The notes below the pieces were generated by a model that did not search any database, was not told the DNA's origin, and saw only the letters and a list, made by a program, of their open reading frames with translations. Position numbers and translations under genes: made by a program. Source: Phaeosaccion multiseriatum (Eukaryota; Protista; Ochrophyta, other classes). Taken from it: a stretch of DNA of 64,000 nucleotides. Position 1 is the first letter of the stretch. The number at the start of each line of letters is the position of its first letter. The DNA lies in assembly GCA_965112735.1 (NCBI GenBank), contig OZ218962.1:1550001-1614000 (forward strand), read 5' to 3'. Of this stretch, positions 1 through 13,500 are shown one piece after another.

Positions 1-1915
1 CAGCGTGGCGGTTGAGGTCGGCGGTGGCGAGGTCGGTGTGGAGGCCGTTGGGTGTGGGTTCGAAGTCGGTGAGGTCACCGCACCATGCGCGGATGAAGAC
101 GTCCTGGTAGGCAAACGGCGCGGTGGTGCCAGCCTGGCGAGCGGTGTCGATCCACTTCTTCTGCAGGGGGTATATGGAGCAGCAGAAGTTCTTGCTGGCC
201 TCGGGTCGCCCTGTCCGCCACTGCCGCGGTCCGTGTGAAGGGGCTGGTTGCCGTCCTCGGAGAGGCAGATGAGGTCGCGACCCCTCCAGAGGGTGGCGGC
301 GTTGCAAGGGATCGACGAGGGCGGTGCCCGTGAGCACTGCCGCGGTGGTGATGGCGTTGTGGGCGTTCGGGATGTCGCTGGTGATGATCCAGTGGCCGTC
401 CTCGTGAAGCAGTTGTGTAGCCTTGGCGACTCTCTCCATGCCATCCGTGCCAGTGTTGGTGGCAACGCCGAATTGGCCTACGGCCTCGAAGGCGTCCCTG
501 TAGGTGGGCTTGTTGAGGCTGACGTGAGTGGAGTGCAGTAGGCGGGTGGTCGTCTCCTTGATGGCGATGGAGCGTGCTTCCTCGCCGACGGCGTCGAGGC
601 AGCCCTACGAATGGAAGTCTTGTAGGTACTCTGGCAGGCTGCCGAGGGCCTGGCGGACGAGGGTGAGCTCGCTGGTGAGGAGAAGCAGAAGGTCGTTGCC
701 GTGGGCTGGCTTGGTCTTGAAGCATGTCCTTCAGGTGCGCGTAGCGGAGGCCTGAGGGGCGTGGACCCGAATGCCAGCTGGAGTGGGTGAGTGCCTGCCG
801 GATGGCCGCGCGGTGGTCGGTGATGATGGGCTCCTCGTAGCGCTCGGCGTGGTCGGCGAGGTTTTGTCGTGCGACAGTGCGGGCCGCAGTGATGACCGCG
901 TCGAGGGCTTCCGGTTCTGGTTCGCTTGGGTGCTTGCAGGAGAGGGTATCGAAGCTGGCTTGGTTGCGTGGGGGTTGGCGCTCCTTGGGGGAGAGCGCGG
1001 TGGTGGCCTTTGCTGACGTCTCCGGGTCTTGGGGTGAGACTGGCAGCCCGCGATCGTGTGGCAGCCTCTGAGCGCTCCTTCTCCTGATGGGGTCGGCGGC
1101 CTTGGGCGATGCTGATGATGCGGCGCACGTGCTCCTAGATGTCGAGGTCGAGGACAGTAGCGGCCATCTGTTCGCGTGAATAGTTGGGGGCGTGGCCGAT
1201 GAGGAGTGCCAGGAGAAGGTGGCGGAAGTTGGTCCGTGCCCGGACGGTGGTCCAGGCGTCATCTGGGGTGGCCGGCTCCCTGGCCGCGCGGAGGGCGATG
1301 ACGAGTTGCCGGGTGATGTGCAGTTAGAAGGTGGCGAAGGTGTGGCGTTTGCGGGCCTGTTTGGCAGTGGGGAAGGTAAGTCCGCGGAGGTCGAGGAGCG
1401 CCAGTGCCTGATGGTCGGGTGGTCGATGGTCCAATGGGGAAGAGGGAGGGCCTCAGCGCCCGCGCCTTGTACCGCCGCCTCTGCAGGGGGGCCTTGTGCC
1501 GCCGTCGGCCCTCCTCCGGGGGGGGGACGTGTCGCTGGTGGTGGGCCACGGGTGTGGTGATGGTGTCCAGGGCCTGTGCCAGCCGGGCGTGCTGGGCCGG
1601 TGTGATGCGTCTAGTAGCGAGCTGGTTGGCGTAGTGAGTCCTGTTGTTGTCGACGGTGGCGAGGGTGGAGAAGCGGGTGGCGCAGGGTCTGGTTCCGGCG
1701 CGTTGGTCGATGATGCTGACACAGCTCAGTCGGCCCCGGGGGTCGAAGTGAAGGTCTTGGAGGGTGGGAGTGGCCACCCTAATTGGTAGGATAAGTGTGT
1801 GAATGGGTTGATTTCCGCCCCATCTCCATTTCTTAGGTTGTTTATTCCTGTAAGTCAATAGAAACCCCCCCGGGTCCAAGGGCCACGCCATGTCGAGACA
1901 CCGGCGCCTGATCAT
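1..1915 (-). mobile_element. Decayed non-LTR retrotransposon (CRE/R2-like RT), N-terminal region plus RT, runs off window start
   Basis: Minus-strand frames joined across frameshifts give pre-RT 'SAKATTALS...TLSCKHP', 'SGPRPSGLRYAHLKD' (domain 0), 'GQFGVA', 'SDIPNAHN', 'QGDPEAS..FCCSIYP' and 'AYQDV' (degenerate YxDD). It has multiple frameshifts and stops. The 5' limit is uncertain. Confidence 0.8.
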
Positions 1916-2227
1916 CTGCAGCCACCAGATGTGTGGCTCTCGGAGCGTGAGCGAGCCTTCCTGGGACGGCTCAACCGCGGCGCCGGCCTAGCCCTCCATC
2001 TCGACTCTCGACCAGGAGGAGCAGTGGAGGGCACACACGATACGTAATTCTTCCGTTGATTTCCATAAGTCAGTACATTTCTCCCCCGGCCGTGGGCCGG
2101 AGGCCCCCTCCTCTCTTTCTCCTGCTTCCTCTTGCACTCCACCTATTGCTGCTTAATAAAATGCAGTGGGAAGTTAACGTTACTGAGGATGGGTTGTTCA
2201 AGATCTATTTTTTTCTGATTATGTACA

Positions 2228-4547
2228 CTAAAGCCTCCCGTGGGAGAGGGTCGAAAGGCCGGGCCGGAGGCGCAGACGCAGATCCACGATGGCCTTGATG
2301 CTGTCTTTGTTGCTGGGGAAGAAGCTGAGGAAGTAGTCCAGCGGGTCCAGCCAGCGCAAGAGCAGTGTCGGAACGGGTGGTAGCGTCATCTCTGTGGGCC
2401 CAGCCCCATCGCCAGTCCCGGAGGAGGGGAGTAGCGGAGATGAACCTGCCCCCCCCCCGGTGGTGGAGAAAGCGGAGAGCCGCCCCGCCGCCTTCGCAGA
2501 GCCATGGCCCATGCCACTGCCGCCCGCCCCTCCACTGCTGTCCCCACCGGAAGCGGCAGGCGGCGACTGGAGGCCTCCGGTCAAGGAGGAGTGGCGCCAA
2601 TCCTTCGAGAAAAAGGCCGTGAAGAGGGGCTGCCGGAACACCAGCGAGAAGAGTAAAGTAGACACCTTGAAGGCGAAGTCACCTGAGCACACGCAAGACG
2701 GAGAGCGGCACAGAGAGGCACACGTCATGTGTCAGGGAAGCGCAGAGGACGGGACGCTGCAATGCTCTTCATGAGAGCACATCACTTCTTACCGGCAAAG
2801 CCCTCGTACTTGAGGGCGTTCTCAAGCAAGTCGTCTGTGAGGCAGTGCAGCTGGAAGAGCAGGGCGCTGCACCGCGCTGCCAGAGAGACGGCCGAGGCCG
2901 AGGCCGGGACCGAAGTTAAGGGAGGCCCAGAAACCTCGCCGCCCTGCCCGTCTCGATGTTGCTCTTCCTTACTCTCTAGCTGCTGCTGCTCCGAGCTCTG
3001 TGTCCCCACGACACGAACAGAGCGCCTTCGCTGCTCATCCGCCAGCAAGATGTGCTGCTCGAGCTTCTCCAGCGCCATGGCCACGGAGGCGGCAGATCCT
3101 CGCCCCAGCAGCCCCTGCCCCTCGCCAAAGTCCCCTCCCCCCGCCGCAGAGCCCTCCAGGCCAGCGCCGCGGCCCTCGCCCCCTGCATGGTCACGCCCCT
3201 CCCATCCAATCACGCCATCCCGGCCGTCGTACCGGACGCCTCCTTCCCCCCTCCTGTTCGCCCTTCCTCCTCCCTCCTCCCCCCCCCCCGCACCTCCTGC
3301 GGTGTGCCTTCCCGTGTCCGCGCTTTCTGTCTGCGTATCAGCCCTACTGCTGGTCTTCCCCCCTCCACGGACCCCATTCTCCTCCTCCCCCCCCCATCCC
3401 TCACCCCCCGCAACCGCCCTGAGGTGGGCCGCCGCTCCGGGAGGCAGACTCTCTTCCCACTGTCTCCATAGCGCGGAAAAGCTCTTGAGGAAACTCGTGA
3501 TGTTGTCTTCCAGAACCCAAAATGGGTGAGCGTTCTTCGTCCCAGGAGCGAGAAAGAACGTGTGTAAGTTGACCGTGGTCAAGCGTAGACTCACCTGAAC
3601 AGGAGCAGGTGCGGGGGGATAAGAGATGCAATCAAGCAAGACCGATCAGAGCGGGTCAAGTGTGAATTCACAGTAAGAGGATGAGCAAGGTAGCGTCATT
3701 CTCTCTCTCGCTGCACGCACACACGCACACACGCACACACACACGCACTCACGCGGCGGTGCTCTCTGGGGCGGTCCCTGTTGTACAGCACGAGGTGCTC
3801 CTCGATGAACTGCTCCGTCTTGAGCATCTCCAGCATGTCTGCCGAAAGCTGGTCCAGCCGAGGCGTCACCCGCAGAGTCAGCGTGCCCCCCTGCGGCAGA
3901 CCGTACGCTTGGCTCACGCTGTCTTCTGACTGCCACTGAGTGTCGGCCAGCGACCAGCCCTCCGTGTCACTGCGTGGAATCGAAACAAGACAAAACGTGA
4001 GAAGAGGGTTCCGGCGTTGGGGGAGGAACGTGCCGACTCTCAGACTGTGCCCCACCCGCCTACAGGATGTGTCGGCCCGTCAGCGCTTCCGCAGGCACGA
4101 AGAACACGCGCACGCCGACGCTCACACCTTGGACTCACCGGGTCGAGCAGCCAACGCCCACCCCTCCGAGGGAGACTGTTCTTTTCTCGTCCCCACCTGG
4201 CGCCGACATGCTCAAAAAGAGAGGCCCCACATCGAAAAAGCGACTATTGTTCCGCACTACACACACCACCGGCTCCGCCTTGAGGTTGGAGACCACGACT
4301 CGGCCGTCGCTGCAGCCCTCCTCAAGCACGTACTTGGCCTTCCTCGGGTCCGCGCCGCCCCGCCCTCCGGCAGTGCCACCTCCTCCTCCGCCAGATCCTG
4401 CTCCTCCTGCTCCTCCTGGTGCTGCTGCCGCCGTCGCTCTCACCGTCCGATCAGCCTCGGCTCTAAACTCCCCCGTGTCTGCAGACACACTTGTCAAGAG
4501 GGAGTGGGCACTTAGCGTTGCTCTCAGCGACTTCCGAGAACCCGGCG

Positions 4548-4579
<32 letters not shown>

Positions 4580-7500
4580 TGATTCAATGGCGGCGCTTCC
4601 ATTCCCCCACCCAGTGCGGAGGAAGAGGTCAGCAGCGACGACATCGACCCCGACGAGGAGGACAGCACCGGCGCGGCAAGGAAAAGAAGGCCTGCCGTGT
4701 TGCCAATGTTGCCAAGGTCCTTGCTTAGGGCAGGGTTGTCCGCTTCGTTCCGAGAAGCTCCCTTCGAGTTTGCATGCCATCCTCCCATCGCCTTGGCCGC
4801 GAGGTGGGGTAAGCGGCACCTGCAACAAACGGAGCACCCGTTCGTGACTTAGAACGACGGCTCATTGCGCGTGTGTGTGTGTCCCCGCCCCGCACCCACA
4901 CTCCCTCCCACCCACCCACCCACTCACCTTGCTACGAGGCGAACCACCGCGTGATAGTCCTTGACAAGCCGGCAGGTCACAAAGAGCTGCTCATTGACCT
5001 CCGCCCACTCCTCGCCAGAGTTGGGAGGGAAGCGTGGGCGATAGTGACAAAACACTTGGACCTGTGACGCGTACAATCGCAATTTCTTCAGATGCATTAT
5101 CTTGTCGTGGGCATCGACTTCGATGCGTGTCTGCACTCTTCTCTTACCTTGGTACCCGCCTCGATGGTGATACTTTTGCACTGTTTGAGGGTCACGGCCG
5201 ACAGAGAGAAGCACAGTTCGTGCTGGGACAGAGAAGAGGACAGCTGCCACACACCACGCCAATACACAGAGCGTAGCCACACAGAGCCAAGTCCGAAGAG
5301 GAAAGGAGGGGAGGGGAGGGGAGGAGGGCGCCGAAGAGAGAAGAGAGGGGTATGGTAAGCCACAGAGAGCACACGACATGTCATCCCTTCCCCCCATTCC
5401 TCCCGCAGTATGTCAAAAGCGAGAGAGTGATTCCCCCCCAATTCCTCCCGCTGTGTCTTAATCGCCATGTTCAGCACCTGGAACTCCAGTGGGATTTTGC
5501 TTTGGTTGTGGATCACGAAGGAGCGCCGCCTGTACAGAATGCCCTCGCACACTTCCCCGTACACCAACACATTCTCCGCAGACACAGGAGACGCCAGCAC
5601 CTAAGGCCGGACAGGGGCAGGGGTGGAGAGAGACTGTCAAGGAGGAGCGCCCACGTCTCAGTCTCGGGAGCCGCGGCTGTCTCACTCACCTCAAAGGCCT
5701 GCGAGTGCTTGCCTGCCCCGTCCGTCTCCACCACCTCCATCTCCAGCCGCACGAACTTGAGATCCGCGGCGTTCTCCACATTCTCCAGCACCATGTACGT
5801 GCTGTACAGCCCCACACGGGACCTTGAGGGGGGGGCATAAGCATGGCGCGGCGTAAGTAAGGGACCGCATGGCAACTCTCCATGCAGCAAGCAGAGGCTT
5901 GAACACTTGCTCACTCTCCCTCCCTCCCTCACCTGTTGAAGTACAGTGTGACATCCCGCACCTCTCCCCCGCACACCTCGCCCCGGAAGGTGGTGCTCGC
6001 TGCGGCGCCAAGAGTGACCCAGTCGGCGTCGGAGCTCTGCAGCATGTGCAACACGAAGCCTACCCCCCTGGGGCTGGGGCTACCCGACCCGCCCCCCGGG
6101 GCCTAAAAGTGTCCATTGGAAGTGAGAAAAGTAAGTGCCTGTGCTTTTCTCTTCTCTCTGGGCACATGTTGGAATGGTCAGGCACCCTCCTTCTCCCCCT
6201 CTTCTCCTCTCGCACACAGTCTCAGTCCCTGCACGCACTCACCTGCAGCCGCTGCTGCTGCTGCTGGTGCTGCCCTGAAGACGACCCTTCAAGCCCGATG
6301 CTGACCTCCCACGTCAACGAATCTGAAGTGGCCATGTGCTGGCCGAGGTCAATCTCGTACCGCGAAGACTCCGCAGCAATGGGCGTGCATCTGCTCAGGC
6401 TCAGCACAGGGAGGGGGCGGCGGGCGCTGGAGTCGCCAAGAGCGGTGCTTCCGCCCTCGGAGGGTATGCGGGCGGCGAGGGAACCACTGCTTCTCGCCGT
6501 AAGGCCTCTGCCACTCGCCTCGCTCGTCTTGCCGCCTGACGCCGGAGCATCTTCCTTCGTCTCTGGCACAGTTTCGTGCCCTTGCAGGTGCCCCCGGTGC
6601 CCCCGTCCCGTTCGCTTCTCCACTCCAGCGCCGGTCCCACTCGCGTCCTCCCTCCCCACTTGAGGACCCTCAATCCTCCCTCCTCGCTTCCCCTCGCCCC
6701 TTCCTTCCCCACCTCCTCCGCCTTCATCGTCCTCTGTGGAGAGGCTAAAGTCTCCCGGCGCCTGCGTACAGCCCACTGCTGCCTTGTCGACGTCGGACAT
6801 TCTACTCCCCGCTGACGGAAGGGACAGAGCAACGGAAACTTGCTGCGTCGGATACCCGCCCAGCTCTTCTGGGCTACTGCTGCTGCTGCTGCTGCTGGAT
6901 CCTTGGTCCATGATCCTCAGTGCTAGAACAGCGGTGTCTTGGCCTATCTGCTCGACCTCAGCGTCTTCAAGCCCCGCGCCTATGACCATACGAAAGGCAG
7001 CACATTGCACATGCATTGGATTTGATTGGGAATGAGAGAATGACACCAAAACCGCACAAGTCGAGCACAGCAACTTCCCCCCTCACCTGCAGGTTCCTCC
7101 GTCACCGGCTGCAGCGTGACCTTGACGAGCTGTTTCCCGCCAGGGGGGATGCGTCCTTCCGAGGGGACGGCTTTCACTGCCACAGCCTCCGTCAACACCG
7201 TAGCGGCGGCGTCGCCGCCCTCCGCCTTGTCTGCGCCACCCTCGCAGCCCTGGGTCTTCTCCACACTTCCTCCTTGCGACTGGAGGTCGAAGACGAGCCC
7301 TGGTCGTTTGAACCTTCCCATGGGGGTAATGGCGAAGGAGACCGCCCTGTGCGCGCAGGGGTTGACGAGGTGGAAAAAGCTCGACCCTTCCTGTCCGCCT
7401 CGCCCGCTCGCCCCACTCCCACCCGCGGCATAGGGCCTCAGCTTCAGCACGGTCAAGGCTTGTCCCGGAGCAGCCGCAGCCGCAGCAGCTTCTGCACCTC

Positions 7501-10500
7501 CTTCATCCCCGCTCCCAGCATCGAGCCACAGGGTCACTGCCGCAGGAGAGACTGCGAAGGTGGGGCCCGCCTGGAGGTTGCCGTACAGGGAGACGGTCTC
7601 CGTGAGAATGACTTGGTCCTCGCTCAGCGTGGACAGAGGCCGCAGGTGGTGATCTCCCCCTGCGGCGTCCTGCCCGTAGCTGTAGGTGCTACGAGCCGCC
7701 TCCTCCGCCCCGGCCTCGTCTGCTCGAGTCGCGTCGGACAGCAGGCCCACCTGCAAGGAAGGAAGGAAGGAAGGAAGGAAGCTTTGGTCTCATTGCACCC
7801 TTCCTCGCATCACTTCCCCATGCTTCCATCTCAGTCACTCACCCTCAGCAACACCTTGCCCAGGCGCTGTCCAGCTTCCTGCTTCGTACCAATCTGCCTC
7901 TCAGCCTGCTGCCACCAGCCCTGTGGAATGCGAGAGCCCGGCAAGGCACGCCCCTTCACCTTGAGTGAGGCCGTCTCCTGAGGCGAAAGGGCCAAGGATA
8001 AGGCCGCCGTCTTTGAGAAGCTGGCCATGAGCTCTGCCTCGAGCTCCACCACGCCGCCCAACATGGGCTCGACCTCGACACTCATCTCCACCACCACCGC
8101 CTCGCTGAAGATGTTCTTTAAAGACATGAGGCTGCTACACAGTGCTGTGGCCAAGTCCGCTCGTGCGGGGGCACCTCCTTGCCCCACTCCCGCCTCTCCT
8201 CCACCGCGGGCGGCAGCAGCAGCGGCGGCGGCCGCAGCAGCAGCAAGCTCCACCGCAGCCAGAGGAGGTGGTACAAGCAGGGGAGGCAGACTCAGCCGGG
8301 AGGTCGCCGGGTCCGCTACATGTGTAATGATTTGCTGCTCCGCGCTGCCGCCGCCATGCCCGCCAACAGCCGCGGCGTCTGCTGGAGAACCACCTGCCCC
8401 ACCTGCCCCCGCCCCTTCCTCCTCGCAGGTCAGTGGCTCCCCCGCGGGGTCCATGAGCTGCAGCACCTTGTCCACCACAGTGGCGCGCACCTGTTGTGCA
8501 AGCAGTTGAAGCAGAGGCGATCGATCAGTTGACCTCGGGTAGAGAGAAAAGAGCCCGAACAGAGGTGGGGGGAGGGTTCACTAAGGACCTGTTCCCACCG
8601 CTCGCTCACCGCTCACCTCTACGTCTCTCCAGTCGTTGTCGTCCGCCATGTTCTGCACGCGAAAATGGAAAGACGCCGCTCCCACCACCACGCTCTCCGT
8701 GTGGCCTAGGGTGAGCTGGAAGTCGATGCTCCTCGTGCCCTGCGGCTCCAGCCATATCACTTCGAGGCCAGTCTGCGGGGGCGGCCAAGACGACGCCAGA
8801 GAAGTGCCTTGCGAGACTTTACCGAACGCTGCCTCACTTGCTTCTTCCTGAGGAGAAGCGGAGTCCTCCTGTATCGCTGGCACTGCACGCAGCTCCGCAG
8901 GGAGATGCTCCAACGTCACGGCGATGCGAAAGTCGCAGCAGTTGAACACCTTCAGCTGTGGTGTGAGAGAGGGGAGCGCGGGGTTTGAGAGTCACAGCGG
9001 GGGGTGCACGGCACTCGCCAGCAACGCACACACGCACACCACACACAACACACGCACCTGGAAGCGCTTGCCCCCCCTGCTCAAGGCCGAGTGGCCCAGC
9101 GTGCCGAGCTCAATCACGTCGGTGGCCACGCCGATGCGCGGGCAGCAGTACACGCCCTCCAGCCTCACGAGCTTGCACAGCTCCATCTCGCTGTACCCCA
9201 TGCTGCGACTCCCCTCACGCCCCTCTCCGCTCCCCAACGCGTCCTTCATTGAAATTTTGATCTGCGGGGGCACACAGTTCGAGCCCGCCCGCGTGCATCG
9301 GACCTCTGTCTCTGAGAAGTGCCGTGAGGGCCGCACTGTGTCGCGTGAGGGAGGTGATTGCGATTCCCCCTCATCACTCGCATCACGATGTGCACGTCCG
9401 CAAGAGTGAGCTAGCGCGATGACTCCGGACACAGGGATGGCCTCGCCTCTCGAAACGGCCTCTCCGAGCAGAGGTCGGGTGCTGCCCCCCTTGACGAAGG
9501 ACACAAAGAGCGTCACAGAGGCGTTGAAGGGCAGATGCACGCCTTTGCCGCACAGGCACAGCACCGACGGGTTGTCGGGGATACCCCTCACCGCCACCCC
9601 TCCCGCCGTAACGTAGCTCTGCATGTCGGGAGGGGTCTCAATGGCCACGCCTGGCACGAGGCAAGACGCGACAGGGGCAGACGAGGTGAGTGCTTGTGTG
9701 TGTCCATCGAGGGGGGGGCTGCCCTCCTCGCTCTCCCCTCACTCACCGTCGCCGGAGGACAGAGACACCATCACGGGCAGGTTGGAGTAGGGATAGAGGA
9801 TTATACCGTCCTTCTCCAAGGTGTTGCTCACGGTGATGCTTCTCTGAGACACCTCCCCCCTTCCGTACAGGCCTTGGTAGAAGGTTAGATAGTCCGAGAG
9901 GTAGTCCAGGGGCACGTCCACGCTCTGTCCATTGATGAGCCGCGTCCGCTCCTGATCATGACAAGACAGAGCACAAGAAAGGAGTCAGTCCACCTTCTCT
10001 TGACCTCCACAACTGCCACTAAACCAGCCCCCCCTGCGGCAGACTTACCCTCTCGAGGTGGCTGTAGTCGAGTATGCCGGGGAGGATTCTGCAAGGAACG
10101 GTCTCCCACGCCCCACTGCCGCCACGGAGGGAATCGCTGCTGGGTACTTCGTCGTCGTGTTCGCGGTCCTCACCGCCTGCTGAGCGATGCCTCCTTGGGG
10201 ACCCGCGCCGGAGCTGATGGGTCGCAAGGGAGCCGCTGGCAGCAGCCGCCAGGGCAGCAGCAGCGGGTTGGAGGCTCTCAGAGAAGGCGTCGGTGAGGGC
10301 ACCGCCAAAGCTGCCGCTGCCACCTGTTGTTGGAGGGCAAACAGCCGCGAGGCAAGGCGAAGCAGCAACGTCAAAAGTTAGCAACCCTCCTCTCTGTGTC
10401 CCGTGGCTTGGTGCGAACAAGAGCACAAGAGCCACGCACCTCCGTACACGTCGGCCATGCTGTTGTGCCTCGTGGCAGGGCCCGTGGGCGAGACGAACAC

Positions 10501-13500
10501 AGGGAATGTGCTGCTCATGGTGACGAGGGGGGGGAGGAAGTGATCTTCGCCGTTGCGAAGACGCCCCAGTGGCGGCTGTGAGTCCGAGAGGGAGATGAGC
10601 TTCTTGGTCTCCTCCACCTCCGCCTCGACGCCGTCTCCGTCTCCGTGGGGGGAGGGAGGGGGCGCGCCGATCTCCAGTCCGACACTGCCCTTGTCTACAA
10701 AAATCTGAGAGAGAGACACAGAGAGAGAGAGAAGAGCTTGGGTATTTACTTCCGTGCATAGAGAAGAGAAGGAAAGTGATGGCGCACTTTGGACCGACGT
10801 ACCTGCACCAGATGAGTGGCGGTGGTTGGCGCCCCCCCCCCCGGGTCGGAGAGGTTGCGCACGGTCACCTGATGCTGGAACAGGCCTGTGAAGCGCTTGA
10901 ACAGACAGGCGTAGCGCACTACAAGGCGGGAGGCGGGGCCCATCGTGCCTCGCTGCGGGCTCATGAGCACGAACTGCGCCTGCCCCTCCGGCATAGAGTC
11001 GAGACAGCGCTCCAAGAGCTCTTTGTCATTGCTCTCGTCGCCATGCGCCCCCTCTCCCTCCTTCGTCTTCTCCTTTGAGGAGGGGTAAATACTCTCCTGC
11101 CCTAACAGCTCGTAGTCCAGAGGAAGCCCCTTCGTCACGTTCTGGAGAGTCAGCGAGCCCAGGACCGGTTTCGTCGCTGAGAGGGGCAGGAAAAAGGCAA
11201 TAGACCGACGGAGGGGACGATGCGCAAAGGGTAAATTTGATACTCTGACCCGCCAAGAGCGTTGTCCCCCACCTCACCTTCACTGGTGTGCAGCCACGAG
11301 AACTCGGCAGCCCGTGGCCGCACCCTGAGCAAGCTCACACCAACGGTCCCCACGAACTTGACTGTGAACTCGAACAGCTTGCTGGGGGGGCTCGAGTCCA
11401 TGGGGAGGCAGACCGTCGTAGGCACGCCTCCAGCTGCCCCTCTCCCTGCCCCCCCTCCCCTTCCTCCTCCTCCTCCTCCTCCTCCTCCTACTCCTCCTCC
11501 TCCTCCTCCTCCTCCTCCTCTGGAGTCTGCCAAGGCCAACACCTCCTTCTTGGGGACCGCAAAAGAAGTGGTGCTGCCGCTGCTGCTGCTGTTGCTGGCA
11601 CCGTCTCCCCCCCCTGCCCCCAGCCTTCGGCCCTGCTCCTCCGGGTCGCTTTTGCTGAAGCCCAGCAAGCGAATCCCGCCCACCAGCTGGCGGCAGTCGC
11701 CTGTCTGATACGCCGCCTCCGGCAGCACGGGCCTCAAGCCGATGTACAAGTGGACAGCGCAGCCCTTGCGCAGGCAGAAGTCCACCACTTGGGAAGAGGC
11801 GTCCCCGCTGGGGTCAGAGTAGATGAAACACTGCTTGCGCAGGTTGGAGATGGCCGTGAGGAACAGGTTCACCGAGCTGACGTTCTCCACCAAGAGAGGG
11901 CGCAGTCGCTCCGTCCCCTCGGAAACTTTGTTGGGCGCGAGGCTGGGTACATCTGCGGAGTCTGCCGGCCACGGGGCCGCGCACCAGCTCGACCTGCCGC
12001 TGCCTTGCGCAGGCAGGTACCAGTAGCCCATAGATAGCTCCTTGAGTTTACCCCCCCCCGTGGGGTCCAGCTCGGGTAGCTTCACATACATGCGGGGCGA
12101 GACAATCGCGGCGACTGTGACCGCGGCCTGGTCATGCTTGTTCTGAAGGTTCCTGACAACAATGTCGTGCTGCCAGCGCCCTTCTGCGGTGGCCTGGAAG
12201 CTGTAGGCAATGTCCTGACTCTCCCCCGGACCGAGGCAGCCCGTCTGCGGCTTGAAGGAGATGAGGTTGGTGCTCGGCTTCTGCAGCATCATCAGCACGT
12301 AGTTCACAGGCGCAGGACTCTGCTTTGAGGCCGTCACGCAAAAGCTGCCCTCGCGCACCTGCGTAGGGGAGTGCAAGACGAAGGAGGGAGGGAGGAACGG
12401 AGGGAGGGTGGGAGGAGGGGATAAGTGCGGAATGTGCAGTGGGCAGAAGAAGCGAAGGAGGGAAAGTAGGATTGCAGGCATGTCAGCCCTCACCTCGTCT
12501 AAGCGGAGAGTCCCAACGTCGAGCTTGCGCTTCACGATGAGGTAGCTCTTCGGGAGCGACTCCAGAACCACGGGGAGAGTCGCGCTGCGGGAGGGCACCT
12601 GCCTACTGTAACTCAGACTGATGTCGCCCTTCCCTTCGCTCTCTTGAGCGGCATCTGACGGGTATCCTAGCCGCTCTTGCTCTTGCTCAGTCATCGCAGA
12701 CCCGACGCCCCCCGGTGGCCGAGGGGTGAGAGAAGCCTCCTCTCCGACACTGCTGCTGCTGCCGCTGCTCACGTGCTCGATGGTGGACACAATGACTCTG
12801 CCAAAGGTGCTGGTAACTTCAGGCGGAGTGATGGCCATGGCCAGCATTATCTTCACGTCCAAGTAGCTCCCTGCGTGAAGCACCGCCACCAGCACATCGC
12901 TGCACACACAGCATTCGGAGCAGGCGTGGTGGCGTGGTGCGAGCGATCTTAGGTCGAGCGTAACAGGCAGACATCCAGGGAAGGCCTAAAAGGCTGCTTT
13001 GCCTCAACTCCCCACGCACCCACGCACCCACGCACCCACACGGTTACCTGTAGTTGGAGAGCACATCTGCCTCTGTGACGCTCTCTCTCTCGGAGACCCT
13101 CCTCAGGGGCCCATCCATGAGGCGGAAGCGGAAGGGGTGATGCGCATTGTCTTCAGAAAGCTCGCCTCGATGGCTGGAGCTAAGCCACTCTTGGGGCGAG
13201 GCAATCTCGGGCAGTACCACCGGACCCAGCGACGAGCGCCGAGCCTCTCCACCCTCCGGGGAGGCAGACAGACTAGCGCTCCTTGTGGCGGTGGGGCCAT
13301 CAGCGGAGGAGCCAGGAGCAGAGGGGATAGGAGCCGCCATCCACGATATCTTGACCATGAGGTCGCGCTGCACGAGCGAGTGGACGGTGAAGAGGCCCGT
13401 GGAGGCGTCGAAGCAGGGCTTGGACGTGTCGGACGTGTTGAACACCATCTTGATCATGCGGGTCATCGCCGGCGCTCTCTCCTTGTCCTTGCTGCCGTAC

